A stretch of DNA of 64,000 nt from Octopus sinensis (lineage: Eukaryota), in NCBI RefSeq assembly GCF_006345805.1, contig NC_043006.1, positions 16,306,001 through 16,370,000 of the forward strand, given 5' to 3'. The position numbers were made by a program, and so were the translations under genes. Below the pieces are notes generated by a model that saw nothing but the letters and a program-made list of their open reading frames with translations, did no database searches and was not told where the DNA came from. Positions 1 through 13,489 of this stretch are shown in pieces; within the stretch, counting starts at the first letter, position 1; the number at the start of each line of letters is the position of its first letter.

Positions 1-329
1 CTGTCTGTCCATATACGTACATACCGCCATATAAAGGAAATTATATAGATACATGACCATGTGTATATATGTGGATGTGTGTGTGTGTGTGTATAGCGAT
101 CTGAGTGTGTGTCTATATCCATAAACGTATATGCACACGCACATACACAAACACAGTCACACAAACATATATATTCGTGGTGATGGTGAAGGGCGTCTAT
201 TTGTGCGCATATGTGAGGGGGTGGGGCGAGGAAGACTTATGGACACATAGCTAAAGAGAAATATGTGGATATATATTATGCTTCTGTATCTGTTCGCATG
301 TGTAATCGTGTACGTATGTAAATACATAC

Positions 330-345
330 ATGTGTGTGTATCATG

Positions 346-391
<46 letters not shown>

Positions 392-441
392 TGTGTGTAT
401 GTATGAATGTATATATATATGTATATATATATATATATGTA

Positions 442-501
<60 letters not shown>

Positions 502-519
502 TGTGTGTATGTATGAATG

Positions 520-552
<33 letters not shown>

Positions 553-555
553 GTA

Positions 556-611
<56 letters not shown>

Positions 612-680
612 TGTGTGTATGTATGAATGTATATATATATATATATATATGTGTGTATATATGTATTATATATATATGTA

Positions 681-741
<61 letters not shown>

Positions 742-795
742 ATATGTATATATGTGTGTATATATGTATATATATATGTGTGTATATATGTATAT

Positions 796-833
<38 letters not shown>

Positions 834-840
834 ATATATG

Positions 841-872
<32 letters not shown>

Positions 873-1010
873 AATTACATATATATGTATAAATATGAAT
901 ACATATATATGTGTGTGTTTATGCATTTGTGCGTATCTGTGTATGTATGTATGTGTGTGTGTATGTGCATGTGTGTGTGTGTGTGTCTGAATGTATATAT
1001 TTATGTACGT
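330..1010. repeat. Compound (TA)n/(TG)n microsatellite with a 110-bp higher-order period
   Basis: TA/TG runs; marker GAGTGTGTGTATGTATGAATGT recurs at 389, 499 and 609. Confidence 0.95.
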
Positions 1011-1582
1011 ACAATGTCAAACAGGGAGACGAAGATGAACTTTTCCGCAATAATGTATATCTTTAGGCAAATTTTCAAAGTAGTTTTTTTTTTTGTTTTG
1101 TTTGAACAAGAGTGGACATGAGCCATTTACCGAAATTTGTTTTCTTATACCAGAATGACTTTTCTGGTGTTGCTTTTCTCGAGGGTGATAAAATCTACAA
1201 CTGGGGAAAAGTCGAGGAACATCAAAACATTTTCTAGCATGTAAATCATTATTTTTTTTCTTCATTCAATCTGTTACCTTATATTTATCTAGTGTTTGTG
1301 TTAAAGCGATTTTTTACGCTTCATTACGTTTGTTTCATTTTTTTTTTTGTTTAATAAAATTCCAGAGAATTGTTGGAATCAAAACACTTGAATGCGTACC
1401 AATCTTTACAGAGTTTGCGCATAATATCACAATATTGACTATTCTAGCGTGTCATGCACATGATTTTTTGGCTTTTGGCGAATGTAAAGCATCAGAATAA
1501 TATACGGACAAATAAACTGAGGTTTTAAGGAAGGTAAAATGAGATACTTTAAACGGAGAAACATGTAATCAAAAATAAAAGG

Positions 1583-1960
1583 TCATTGTGCTAATGATAA
1601 AAGAGACACGGAGAGGACAAAGTTCGGACAAAGAGTGAAGAGAAGAGAGAAGGAGGGTAGGAGTGAAGAGAAGTAGGAGTCGGAGCAAGAGAGGAAAGGT
1701 GGATGGGAGGATGTCGGTGTGAGAGGAAGAGAGGAGAGGGGAGGAGAGTTGATCCCATGTGGCACAAAGGAGCGAAGAGAGAAGATTAATCCTTGTTCAC
1801 GGCGAAGACGGGAGTCCGGATGGCCCTTGTGCAAGGACAATCCGAACACAGACAGGTGTTGGAAACAGTGACCGGTAGAGCGGAAATAGCACGAGACCGG
1901 GGTGTCATTGCCGAGTCGGATGTCTCTGAGGTGTTCCGCGAACTTTGAATATTTGGTCAA
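1583..1960 (-). mobile_element. Penelope-like element, GIY-YIG endonuclease C-terminal fragment
   Basis: ORF reads KFAEHLRDIR..DTPVS..F.STGH...RREQGLIFSL...P.GIN, the typical C-terminus of PLE GIY-YIG domains. Confidence 0.75.
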
Positions 1961-2165
1961 AAAAGTATTGGTCGGTGAACGTCAATGTTGAAGTTACCGT
2001 CGCTTAACGTTGGAACATACTTGGTCAAGCAAGCCTTACATTAGACATGCTCTGCCGTGAATATCCCGTCTTTTATTTTCAGAATTTGGGACAATATAAT
2101 GTAATCTGTCATTACTTTTTAAATAATTAATGAGTGACTTGAGGAATTTTTGGTCGCTATTTTCT

Positions 2166-2400
2166 TATTTCTTTATTGCCCACAGGGGGCTAAACATAGA
2201 GGGGGACAAACAAGGACAGGCAAATGGATTAAGTCGATTACATCGACCCCAGTGCGTAACTGTTACTTATTTAATCGACCCCGAAAGGATGAAAGGCAAA
2301 GTCGTCCTCGGCGGAATTTGAACTCAGAACGTAACGGCAGACGAAATATGGCTATGCATTTCGCCCGGCGTGCTAACGTTTCTGCCAGCTCGCCGCCTTA
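2166..2400 (-). mobile_element. tRNA-derived SINE family A, full length
   Basis: Reverse strand AAGGCGGCGAGCTGGCAGAA...B-box GAGTTCAAATTCC...AAAGAAATA; many near-identical copies in the window. Confidence 0.9.
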
Positions 2401-2815
2401 TTTTCTAATAGATCAAAGGACTACGTAATTATGCATTCGATGGTTCATGGACGGAGAGTTTTGTTCATCGGGTGGACATCTAATTCAATGAGGTCCAAAA
2501 TATTACTACTCCGTTTAAGATGAATGAATGTATCAGAGGTTCCGGCAGTATTTTAGTGTAAGGCACAACAGTAATGCCTAAAACTGAAATATCCTGCATC
2601 CCTGTAAATAGAATACAATCTTCGTAATACAAGTTCATTTACACGGTTGGTATTTTACGGATTATGAAAAATGTAGGGTTAATAGTATTTGTGCGTGCTT
2701 CTTTGGGGTAGAAATCATAAACTGTATTCTTTTTAGAATACATCTTCATACATGTACACATACATACGTACGAACATACATACATACATACATATGTGTG
2801 TGTGTGTGTGTATTT

Positions 2816-3236
2816 AAGGCGCAGGAGTGGCTTTGTGGTAAGTAGCTTGCTTACCAACCACATGGTTCCGGGTTCACTCCCACTGCATGGCATCTTGGGC
2901 AAGTTTCTTCTGCTTTAGCTTCAGGCAGACCAAAGCCTTGTGAGTGGATTTAGTAGACTGAAACTGAACCCCATCATATATATATTTATTTATATGTATG
3001 TATATGTATATATGTATATATGTATGTGCATATGTTTGTGTGTCTGTGTTAGTCCCCACCCCCCACCATCACTTGACAACTGATGCTGGTGTGTTTACGT
3101 CCCTGTAATTTAGCGGTTCGGCAAAAGAGACCGATAGAATAAGTACTAGGCTTACAAAAAAAAGTCCTGGAGTCGATTTGTTCGACTAAAGGCGGTGCTT
3201 CAGCATGGCCGCAGTCAAATGACTGAAACAAATAAA
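2816..3236 (+). mobile_element. tRNA-derived SINE family B (internal TA/TG microsatellite)
   Basis: GGCGCAGGAGTGGCT..GGTAAG head, GGTTCA B-box, CTTGGGCAAG core-like motif, tail GACTGAAACAA; multiple copies. Confidence 0.9.
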
Positions 3237-3744
3237 TGAAAAAAATATATATATATCTGCGAACTTTAGGTGAGTTAAAAAATGTTTATGACACATTTCA
3301 ACTTCTAAAGGCAAGTTCATTGCAGTTACCGTGGATAAAGAATTCTCTCTTATGGTAAAAGCTATCTGTCTAGTGTCGCCCCTGTCAGATTTCCAGACGC
3401 TGCGTTTTTAGCTCTTTAGCCATTATCAATGAAAAAAAGCAGAAGAGAGGTAACTCTGAGCAGATTTGAAGCCGTAGTTTTAACTAAAATACAGTCGACA
3501 ACATTGACTGAGTTGCGCATTAGACCGCCAAATCGGAAGAAATTCACCAGTATCAGCGCCAAGTAGAAAGACAAAGGATATACTAAACTTTACTGTGTAC
3601 CCTCTGCTCACTACGCAGATTTTGCTCCCCAGATATATGTTGGAGGGGTCATACGTATATTTGTAAGTCAAAGGTTCACGGCTACTGAAAAAGGTTGTCA
3701 TATTCTGGTATTTGTCTTTATTGTTCTTGTTGTTGATGATGTTG

Positions 3745-4088
3745 ATGTTGAGCGAAGTGGTCTTCTGTATTGAGAGAAGTTCGAAACGTGGTCCTTTGCT
3801 ATTCGTAAGACCTGCAGAAGAGAAAGCAGGTCAACCCCTGACACCGAGAGCATCGACGGATGTATGAATGCGCATCCAGGCTCAGCGGTTGCGTAGAAAG
3901 TCGGGGACAAGAAACAGGAAGAAAGAGTGGGAGAAAGTTGGGGCGAAAGAGTACGACAGGGGTCGCCACCACCCCCTGCCGGAGCCTCGTGGAGCTTTAG
4001 GTGTTTTCGCTCAATAAACACACACAACGTCCGGTCTGGGAATCGAAACCGCGTCCGCTGCCCTAACCACTGGGCCATTGCGCCTCCA
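3745..4088 (-). mobile_element. tRNA-derived SINE family C, tail type C2
   Basis: Head GGAGGCGCAATGGCCCAGTGGTTAGGGCAGCG, GGTTTCGATTCC B-box; tail shared with 7325, 18312 and 51597. Confidence 0.88.
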
Positions 4089-5439
4089 CTGTTGTTGCTG
4101 CTCAGTGTATGATATTCCAATCAGTGTATAGTATTTCGATCTCCCTCCAGTCTTTTTTGCACAACTGTGTCCAAGTGTCTTCCCTGTTCTATAACTGTAG
4201 GGTGTTGTTTGAGGAGAATTTGATTATTGTTTTTGTACTTTTTTTTTAGTTTACCTATAAACAGTCTTTGTTATTGTTGTTCTTGAGTTCCAAGCCAGCA
4301 CCAATTGAACAGCCATATGGCCAAAGGCGTTCTGACCGTTACCGTCTTGTCTTTTTCTTGTTTTTGTTTTTGGTTTTTTTTTTTATAAATTTAGGACTAC
4401 GCTCAACAATGTTTAATGGTTTAAGGGAAATTTTTCTCCTCTCCTATTTCTAGCAAATTCAAAATCTGCAAAAAAGTTTCCTCTTTTGACTCGCACGCAA
4501 ATCTTAGTGGTAACGTTGTAATTTTGGCATGAATGGTTTTACTGTACATTTTCGATAAAAGAAAAAAGAACAATAAAGGAGGAATTACAACCGTGTTTCG
4601 TGGTCTGCTACCACAACAGCTCCTTTATAGGATCCAGTTAGCTCAAGACATCATCAGGAGGAACCACGTCCGGTTTCGGACCCTACTCCTCTACCGTTTT
4701 GACGTGCCCCCCTCCTTTCTGAGGTGTCTTCAGCTCTGGTGTTGGGTGCATGTCTTCTTTCTTCTGTACCCTGGCCTCTTCGATGTATCGTCAGCGAGTG
4801 TCAGCCGGTGACTGGCTGACTTGTGAAATTTCCCCCTTTAAATACCTGCCGATAGGCTCCAGCAGGCAGCCCCAGCAAGTTGTCACATGACACTGTCTCA
4901 CCTTAACTGACTAGAAGTGTCGTAAGTTATTGTAAATCATCAATACAAAACATTATTGTAAATTAAGTTCTTGTAAATCATCAATCACAAAGAGGGTGAG
5001 ATTCAGAATCCAAGAAAATATTTTTTTCTCTCTGATGAACGACCCTCAAGGACAATTGACTCACTTTAATTTTTTTTCTTGTCTATAACCCTTTATGAAT
5101 TATAAATACGTTTGTTTTGCTTCTTTTTTTTTAGTTATTTCTTGCTGTGTCCACAGAGGGGTGCTGAAAGGATTAATGTGGTCACGATGAGGGCGGTTGT
5201 TCCTTGCCCCTCCCCACCTCACACAATCGATCGAACGAGACAGTCGGGGATAGAATTCATTCCCTGTACATTTCTGTTAATTTACTTATAGGCTCCGAAA
5301 TGATGAAGTACAATATTGGCCTGGGTGTAATTTGAACTCAGAGCGCAGGAAACTGGAACAAACGCCGCAAAGCATTCTATCCGAAACTCTAATGATTCTG
5401 CCACTTAGTCAACCTTTTTAACGATTAACGTTCTCATGC

Positions 5440-6003
5440 GGCACCGACGAAGATATTAACACGAGAATAAGTAAGGCAAGGACCGCTTTTCACCTGTTAA
5501 AAAAAGTATGGAGCGCAAGTGTAATTTCAATAAAGAACAAAATAAGAATTTTTAGCACCAACGTAAAAGCGGTGTTATTGTATGGGGCTGAGACATGGCG
5601 AACAACAGTTAAGTCAAATAAACAAATACAATCATTCATCAACAGATGCTTGCGTAGTATACTTGAAATTAGATGACCCGAACACACAAGCAATATGGCA
5701 AAGAACAAATCAAGTTTCGGTTAGGGAGCAAATATTTAAGAAAAAGTGGAAGTGGGTTGGTAGCACAATTAGAAAAGAAACACTAAATGTAGTGAAAAGT
5801 GCTTTAAAGTGGAAACCGGATGGATATAGAAAAAAAAGGTAGGCCTAAGAACTCGTGGCGTAGATCAACAAAAGGAACTAGAGAAAAGGGGACATTCATG
5901 GCAGAGTTTTAGTACAGAAGCGAAAAATTATGCGACATGGAATTCAAATATAAGTGACGTATAAACCGCGTTGGAGGGTTAAAGGAAGGAAGTAAGTTAG
6001 TAA
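5440..6003 (+). mobile_element. RTE-clade LINE, degenerate 3-prime fragment
   Basis: Translates to TDEDINTRISKARTAF..KVW...LLYGAETW...INRCLRSIL with stops and frameshifts; TAAG-like tail. Confidence 0.85.
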
Positions 6004-6343
6004 CCTGGGACTTGTACCACATTGTAGTATCCACTGTCGTTGTTGTTATTTAATTCTTAGGTTGGCTTTGATTCGGTTGATTTATGATCAAAGAAGGCGT
6101 TTTAACAGTGACCGTAGCATATCTTGTCGGGTATAGTCTATCCTCTTTGTGTTCTTTCTTTGGGGATGAAAGAATATAATTTGAGTGAGATATGGCTACT
6201 ATTTCTAGCAATTTTGAGTAAATCACGTAGAAATCCCATCGAATGCTGTTATTGGTAAATGTAAGCGTTTGTTAAAATCAAGGTAAATACAAGGTTTGCT
6301 TCATAAAATCCACAGATGCTTGTTTTGTCTGTATGTATGTTCG

Positions 6344-7000
6344 CATGGTCCAGTGATTTCAATTCTAAACGTTCACTGCGAAGTCGTTTAACGCTGCTAA
6401 GTAGCAAACCCAGAGAGAACCAAAAAAGGGGGATACGTGGTCACGTATTTTGCTAGAAATATCAACCATATCCTGTTCAATTAACGCTAACAAATTTTAG
6501 AAATTTTAGAAAGATGTCCGCTAGTTTCTGCCATGACAATTCGGATATTCGATCAGATGGATTATCTGCCAATTAAGATTACGTGTAAGCACTTGAGCAT
6601 TTTATAGACACATGTAACCTTAGCATCATTCTCATGGAGAATCAGCGTGATACTCTGTGTGTGGGGGGCGTGATCATGGTCCAGTGATTTCAATTCTAAA
6701 CGTTCACTGCGAAGTCGTTTAACGCTGCTAAGTAGCAAACCCAGAGAGAACCAAAAAAGGGGGATACGTGGTCACGTATTTTGCTAGAAATATCAACCAT
6801 ATCCTGTTCAATTAACGCTAACAAATTTTAGAAATTTTAGAAAGATGTCCGCTAGTTTCTGCCATGACAATTCGGATATTCGATCAGATGGATTATCTGC
6901 CCATTAAGATTACGTGTAAGCACTTGAGCATTTTATAGACACATGTAACCTTAGCATCATTCTCATGGAGAATCAGCGTGATACTCTGTGTGTGGGGGAC
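6344..7000. repeat. Near-perfect 331-bp tandem duplication
   Basis: CATGGTCCAGTGATTTC...GATACTCTGTGTGTGGGG starts at 6344 and again at 6675; about 1 mismatch seen by eye. Confidence 0.95.
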
Positions 7001-7324
7001 GTGGGTGAGAGAGAAAGGGGAAAGAGACAAGGCAATATGTTTTGAATAACAGACACATCCCGCACAGTTTTCGTCTCCCCAATTTCACTCACAAAGTTTA
7101 GGTCAACCCAAAGCTATAGAAAATGACACTTGTCTTAAATATCACTGAATGAGATCGAACCTGGGACCTCGTGACTGCAAAACGAACTTCTTTGTATTTC
7201 ATCCTTTCGAGGGTCGATACAGTAAGTACCAGTTGAGTACTGAGGTGGTTGTAATTGACGAAACCCCACCACAAAAATTTCGGGCACAAGACCTGAAGGT
7301 TTTGAAGAAGCGATTGTTGGTGTT

Positions 7325-7700
7325 GCTGCTGTTGAGCGAACGGTCTTCGTCCCAGAGCTCGCAAGGTGATGGGAGACGTCCGAAACGTGGTCCTTTGCTA
7401 TTCGTAAGACCCGCAGAAGAGATAAGCAGGTCAACCCCCGATACCGAGAGCATCGACGGATGGATGAATGCGCATCAAGGCTCAGCGGTTGCGTAGTCGG
7501 GGACAAGAAACAGGAAGAAAGAGTGAGAGAAAGTTGGAGTGAAAGAGTACAGCAGGGATCGCTACAACCTCCTGCCGGAGCCTCGTGGAGCTTTAGGTGT
7601 TTTCGTTCAATAAACACACACAGCGCTCGGTTTGGGAATCGAAACCGCGATCCTCCGACCGCGAGTCCGCTGCTCTAACCATTGGGCCATTGCGCCTCCA
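7325..7700 (-). mobile_element. SINE family C, tail C2
   Basis: Same head and tail as 3745-4088. Confidence 0.88.
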
Positions 7701-8169
7701 CTGTTGTTGCTGCTGCTACTATAGTTGTTTAACTCCAAATCAGCACTGATTACAACCGATAAATGGTCAAATACGTTCTACCCATGACCGTCAAATTCTA
7801 TTTTCAGACGTTTTTCGAAGACTACATTATATAATGGGACTTCACTTTTTATATCGAGATAGAAGGAGAGAATCGAAAGAAATTTAGCTGCTGTTTTTAG
7901 CAAGTCGAGAGACCAGATATAGCCTTCTTCATATGCTATATAGTTTCCTATATTGTTTATTATTATTATTATGAATAATAATCATCCATATTGTGTTTGT
8001 CTCTCAAAGGCCCATACTACTCAATATTTCCCGTCCCCTTCCCTTGAATGCCTTTCTTCTGGAATTCTCTTCCTGCCAAATTTTCTCCTGCAGCCATTGA
8101 CTTGCTGTTGTTGAAGATCGACTACATTAGACATGCGGGTCGTGAAGGATCTTGGAAACGGTCCCTTCC

Positions 8170-8410
8170 GAAAAGATAAAAGATTAAAGCTTCTTTCCCG
8201 AGTCCTATAGATAGACTCAGAAGGCCGGTTTCCCGGTTTCTGTGACAGGAAGCCGATCCGTCGCAGGAATACTCATTCTAGCCAGCTAAGTGAAGTGGAG
8301 CAATGTGAAATAAAGTGCTTTGCTCAAGAATAGAACCCATCGCCCGGTCCTAAAATCAGAACCACAATCTTGAGTTCAACACCCTAACCACTAAGCCATG
8401 CGCTTCCACT
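8170..8410 (-). mobile_element. Old SINE related to family D
   Basis: Reverse complement of GGAAGCGCATGGCTTAGTGGTTAGGGTGTT head; diverged. Confidence 0.6.
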
Positions 8411-8620
8411 CGGTCCTTTGCTTGAAACCGAACAAGAAGACGTTCTAATTGTGACCATCCTGTCGTTTTATAAACAAAGCATTAGGTGACAATGACATGA
8501 TCTTTCGTGTTCTTCCGTGACCCTAGCCCACAAGATTAGTTATGAATAAATAAATACATATACAAGGGTTGTATAAGATATATTTGATAAAAATACTTAG
8601 TTATATTGTGAAATGCGAAC

Positions 8621-9042
8621 AAGGCGGCGAGCTGGCAGAATCGTTAGCACGCCGGATGAAATGCGTAGCCGTATTTCGTCTGCCGCTACGTTCTGAGTTC
8701 AAATTCCGCCGAGGTCAACTTTGCCTTTCATCCTTTCGGGGTCGATAAATTAAATTAAGTACCAGTTACGCACTGGGGTCGATATAATCGACTTAATCCG
8801 TTTGTCTGTCCTTGTTTCTCCCCTCTGTGTTTAGCCCCTTGTGGGTAGTAAAGAAATAGGTATTTCGTATGCCGCTACGTTCTGAGTTCAAATTCTGCCG
8901 AGGTCAACTTTGCCTTTCATCCTTTCGGGGTCGATATATTAAGTACCAGTTACGCACCGGGGTCGATGTAATTGACTTAATCCCTTTGTCTGTCCTTATA
9001 TGTCCCCTCAATGTTTAGTCCCTTGTGGGCAATAAAGAAATA
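8621..9042 (+). mobile_element. SINE family A head-body-body dimer with 16-bp TSD
   Basis: Junction AAAGAAATAGG|TATTTCG at about 8859; TSD TATATTGTGAAATGCG at 8602 and 9043. Confidence 0.9.
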
Positions 9043-9256
9043 TATATTGTGAAATGCGTATCTATCTATCCAATGTGACCTTCCTCTTTTAAGATTGTAT
9101 TGCAACGCTTGAGGGACATTTGTTCACTACTGAGCGACTGTTTCAGGTTCTCTTGTTACTTTGTCATTTCCATGTTTGATCCGCTGCTAATTTTAAATTC
9201 CTGGGGTGGTAATGGAAGTATTGAATGAGTTATGGACAAAAAATGGATACGCATCG

Positions 9257-9296
<40 letters not shown>

Positions 9297-9409
9297 CTGT
9301 GAAATTAATCCCTGTACTTATACCACTAAATTCCTAGTTCGAATCTCCTCCAGTCCTTTGTACACATCCAGAAATAACACATCTCAGTTAATGATTCTTG
9401 CCACAGGTT

Positions 9410-9451
<42 letters not shown>

Positions 9452-9459
9452 GTTGTTGT

Positions 9460-9490
<31 letters not shown>

Positions 9491-9965
9491 TTGACTTAGT
9501 CTTACGTCATATAAAATTAAACATCATAAGAAAACAAAGACGATGCAATTGTTATGCAGGGGAAATAATTCTAAACAAGGGAAGTTACTTACACAGCTTC
9601 TTAAATTTATATTTTCCTTCACGAGAGTTTTTCGTACTTTTCCTTTCTACTATCGGCCATTCCTCTTGCATCAAATTGTAGGGTGGAGGGAATCGTCGTG
9701 GCGGCGGCGGCGGTGGTCGTCGTCGTCGTCGTCGTTGTCGTCTAACCTTCATCGAACAGAATTATGGATCAAAGGCGTTCGTTTTACGCTGATCGGTTTC
9801 CAGTTTCATCACCTTGTCCGCATCTCGAAAATATTCGGTCGCTAATGATTCCGATCCTCTGTAGCACTGAGACGCTACAGAATTGTCCCAGGACATTATT
9901 GCCGTTTATATCCTTCACAAACACCTGAGATCACTTTCTACTGACGACCTGGTCCAACTATGGTT

Positions 9966-10512
9966 TCTGATTACAAATATCTTGGGTCATACATAGCATC
10001 ATCTGAAAAAGATTTTCTAACTAGAAAGAGTATGGCCTGGTAAGCCTGTAATGATATGCATAAGATCTGGTCATCAAATCTAAGTAGAGATTTCAAACTT
10101 AAAATCTTCAAAGCCACAGTCGAACCAATTCTACTATATGGCTCAGAAACCTGGACGTTATCAAAGAAGCTTGAGAGGCAGTTGGATGGAACCTACACTC
10201 GCCTCCTTATGAGAGCTCAAAATCTCTCGTGGAAGCGTCATCCAACCAAAGTACAAATATATGGGACATTACCACCTGTATCATCTCTTGTTAAAGGTAG
10301 TAGAGTCCAGTTTGCTGGACATTGTTGTAGAGCTGAAAACAAGGTAATTTCAACTCTTCTCTTCTGGAAGCCATCTGCTCGCGATACCAGAGGGCGCACA
10401 CTCTCCTACCCTGATGTAATCTCCAGGGATACAGGCATCCAGCAACAGTACCTCCGTAATGGCATAACATAGTAAATTCCATTGTCTCGATCACGGTCGA
10501 ACAATGATGATG
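9966..10512 (+). mobile_element. RTE-clade LINE 3-prime fragment
   Basis: YKYLGSYI...FKATVEPILLYGSETW...QFAGHC; in-frame stop before ORF 10056-10472; (GAT)n tail. Confidence 0.9.
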
Positions 10513-10935
10513 GGGAGTGGAGATAGATAGTGCCTGACCCTGACCTCGGTTTGCCCTTGACCCACGAAATTCGATCGGTTGCAGGCTCAGGCAGTAGCTT
10601 CTTTGAGATTTAGAATCATAGAAATCACTAAAAGAAATTATTCGATTTGTGCACCTCGATGTATTCTTTTATTCCTATATTCTTGTACATATTTCCATAT
10701 TTTAATCATTGGATTGCGGTCATACTGGAGTACCGCCTTGAAGAGTTTAGTTTTTAAAAAATCATCCCAATACTTATATTCTTTTTTTTTTTTAATTCGG
10801 ATACTTGTTTTGTTGGCCTATTTTGCCGAACTGCTAGGTTCCGGAAACATAAACAAACCAGCATAGGTTGTTAAGTGGTGTTGCGACAAGCACAAAGACA
10901 CGAACGCATGTACACACATGCACACTATATATATG

Positions 10936-10981
<46 letters not shown>

Positions 10982-11048
10982 GAGAGAGAGAGAGAGGGAG
11001 TGAGAGAGAGGGAGAGAGAGAGGGAGAGAGAGAGAGAGAGAGAGAGAG

Positions 11049-11283
11049 AAGGCGGCGAGCTGGCAGAAACGTTAGCACGCCGGGCGAAATGCTTAGCCGT
11101 ATTTCGTCTGCCGCTACGCTCGGAGTTCAAATTCCGCCGAGGTCGACTTTGCCTTTCATCCTTTCGGGATCGACTATATAAGTACCAGTTACGCACTAGG
11201 GTCGATGTAATCGACTTAATCCGTTTGTCTGTACTTGTTTGTCCCCTTTATGTTTAACCCCTTGTGGGTAGTAAAGAAATAGG
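11049..11283 (+). mobile_element. SINE family A, full length
   Basis: Consensus match; follows a (GA)n tract. Confidence 0.9.
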
Positions 11284-11600
11284 TATCGTAAGTGCTCAAA
11301 TGAATTCTAAATTGAGGAAAATGTAAATATAGGGAAATAGTAAATACTCCTCAATACAAGGTATTTTGTAATATTTGCATTTTAAGTAACTGGTTTATTT
11401 GAATATATTCTGTGCAAATTCTGTTGTCTCGAAAGCTAATTATTCAACCATCTGCTAGATGTTTGTTTAAAATGAATTAATCTTCACTGTTACAACTGCA
11501 AGCTTTTTTTTTTTAATTAAATATAATGCAAGTTTATCTAAATATCCAAAATTAAAGAGAAGGGGATTATTTTATTTCGTGATCAATATAGCTTGGTAAG

Positions 11601-11850
11601 TGGAGGCGCGTGGCTTAGTGGTTAGGGTGTCAGTATCATGATCGTAAGATAGTGGTTTCGATTCCTGGACAGGGAGACGCGTTGTGTTCTTGAGCAAAAC
11701 ATTTTATTTCACGTTGCTCCAGTCCACTCAGCTGGCAAAAATGAGTAACGCTGCGATGGACTGGCGTCCCGTCCAGCTCGGGAACACATATGCCATAGAA
11801 ACCGGGAAACCGGGCGCATGTGCCTGGCTAGGCTTTAAAAGGGGCGCATT
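11601..11850 (+). mobile_element. tRNA-derived SINE family D
   Basis: GGAGGCGCGTGGCTTAGTGGTTAGGG head, GGTTTCGATTCC B-box, GCGATGGACTGGCGTCCCGTCCAG (V-SINE-like central motif); second copy at 19128. Confidence 0.85.
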
Positions 11851-12107
11851 TATTATTTTTTTTTTTATAGCTTGATAAACTGTTTTTAACAGTGTAAGTT
11901 AATGAAATATAACAATAGAAATATTGAAATCAATTAAGCGGATTAGAATACATTTTGAGACATATAAAATCCGTGGAAAAACAAGCGAAAAATATGAACA
12001 TTTTTACGAGGTCAGTCGAACACCTTAAGGGAATAATCCTTCGCTTTAGAATCAAAAGTTGGCTAAAATGAAAACGTTTTCTCTCCCTATATTACGATTT
12101 CAAATAT

Positions 12108-12483
12108 GGAAGCACTCCGTCGGTTACGACGACGAGGGTTCCGGTTGATCCGATCAACGGAACAGCCTGCTCGTGAAATTAACGTGTAAGTGGCTGAGCA
12201 CTCCACAGACACGTGTACCCTTAACGTAGTTCTCGGGGATATTCAGCGTGACACAGAGAGTGACAAGGCCGGCCCTTTGAAATACAGGTACAACAGAAAC
12301 AGGAAGTAAGAGAAAGTTGTGGTGAAAGAGTACAGCAGGGATAACCACCATCCCCTGTCGGAGCCTCGTGGAGCTTTAAGGTGTTTTCGCTCAATAAATA
12401 CTCACAACGCCCGGTCTGGGAATCGAAACCGCGATCCTACGACCGCGAGTTCGCTGCCCTAACCACTGGGCCATTGCGACTCC
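12108..12483 (-). mobile_element. SINE family C, tail C1, with 14-bp TSD
   Basis: TSD ACGATTTCAAATAT at 12094 and 12484; tail ...AACCGACGGAGTGCTTCC. Confidence 0.92.
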
Positions 12484-12744
12484 ACGATTTCAAATATACC
12501 AGTGGTCGATTCAGCTATTCTATTTCTCTAGTTTCAATAAAATAAAAGCAAGGTACACGTCGGAAATGTTATGGGATGCATTTTCAGTAATGTTCCTGAG
12601 TCCCTAGGGGATCTGGGGTCTTTCACCGTTACCTTCGCCCAGTTCATCCTCTGAAATTCATCAAGTTTCAGCATGCATCTCATAATATCTAGAAATTATT
12701 GTACTATATTTTATTACATTATATTATGTTATATATTCTTTTCT

Positions 12745-13110
12745 ACTCTAGACACGAGGCCCGAAATTTGGGGGGAGGGGACAGTTGATTAGATTGATCC
12801 CAGTACACAACTGGTACTTGATTTATCGTGCCCAAAAGGATGAGAGGCAAAGTCGACCTCGGCGGAATTTGAACTCAGAACGTAGCGGCAGACGAAATAC
12901 CTATTTCTTTACCACCCACAAGGGGCTAAACACAGAGGGGACAAACAAGTACAGACAAACGGATTAAGTCGATTACATCGACTCCAGTACGTAACTGGTA
13001 CTTATTTAATCGACCCCGAAAGGATGAAAGGCAAAGTCGACCTCTGCGGAATTTGAACTCAGAACGTGACGGCAGACGAAATACCGCTAAGAATTTCGCC
13101 TGGCTTGCTG
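12745..13110 (-). mobile_element. SINE family A joined to an older A-related copy (A-prime)
   Basis: Junction GACGAAATACC|TATTTCTT at about 12900; the older copy has a different tail. Confidence 0.85.
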
Positions 13111-13489
13111 ACGTATCATTCCTTCTCCACCACCACCCCCTCACCACCTCATCTCATCTCCTCTCTCTCCTCCCCCTCATCTCTCCTTCCTCCTTCCTCC
13201 TCCCCTCTCTCCCTCTCTCCCTCTCCCCCTCATCTCCTCTCTCCCCTCCCCCTCATCTCTCTTCCCTCCTCCACTCCTCTCTCTTCTCTCCCCCTTTCAC
13301 TCTCCCCACAACCCCCACTCTACCCCAACCCCCAGCCGAACCCACACCCCACATGGACTTTCCCCACATCACACTACACTACACTACACCATACGACACT
13401 ACACTACACCATACGACATTACACATCACATCATACATACACACGTCCAGACCTTTCATACGCACATACATACTCTCTCATACACACAC

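Noticed and set aside
3480-3701. 73-aa ORF and nearby unique sequence as a host exon
   Set aside because: No recognisable domain or convincing splice pair; adjacent frames are full of stops
4560-4930. GC-richer segment with CTGATGA and GAAAC words on the minus strand
   Set aside because: The words cannot be assembled into one complete hammerhead; probably a decayed repeat of unclear class
7360-7400. Hammerhead-like GTGATGG-GAGACGTCC-GAAACGTGGTC antisense to the SINE C2 tail
   Set aside because: Core positions 3 and 9 are non-canonical and the upstream part differs among copies at 3770 and 18620
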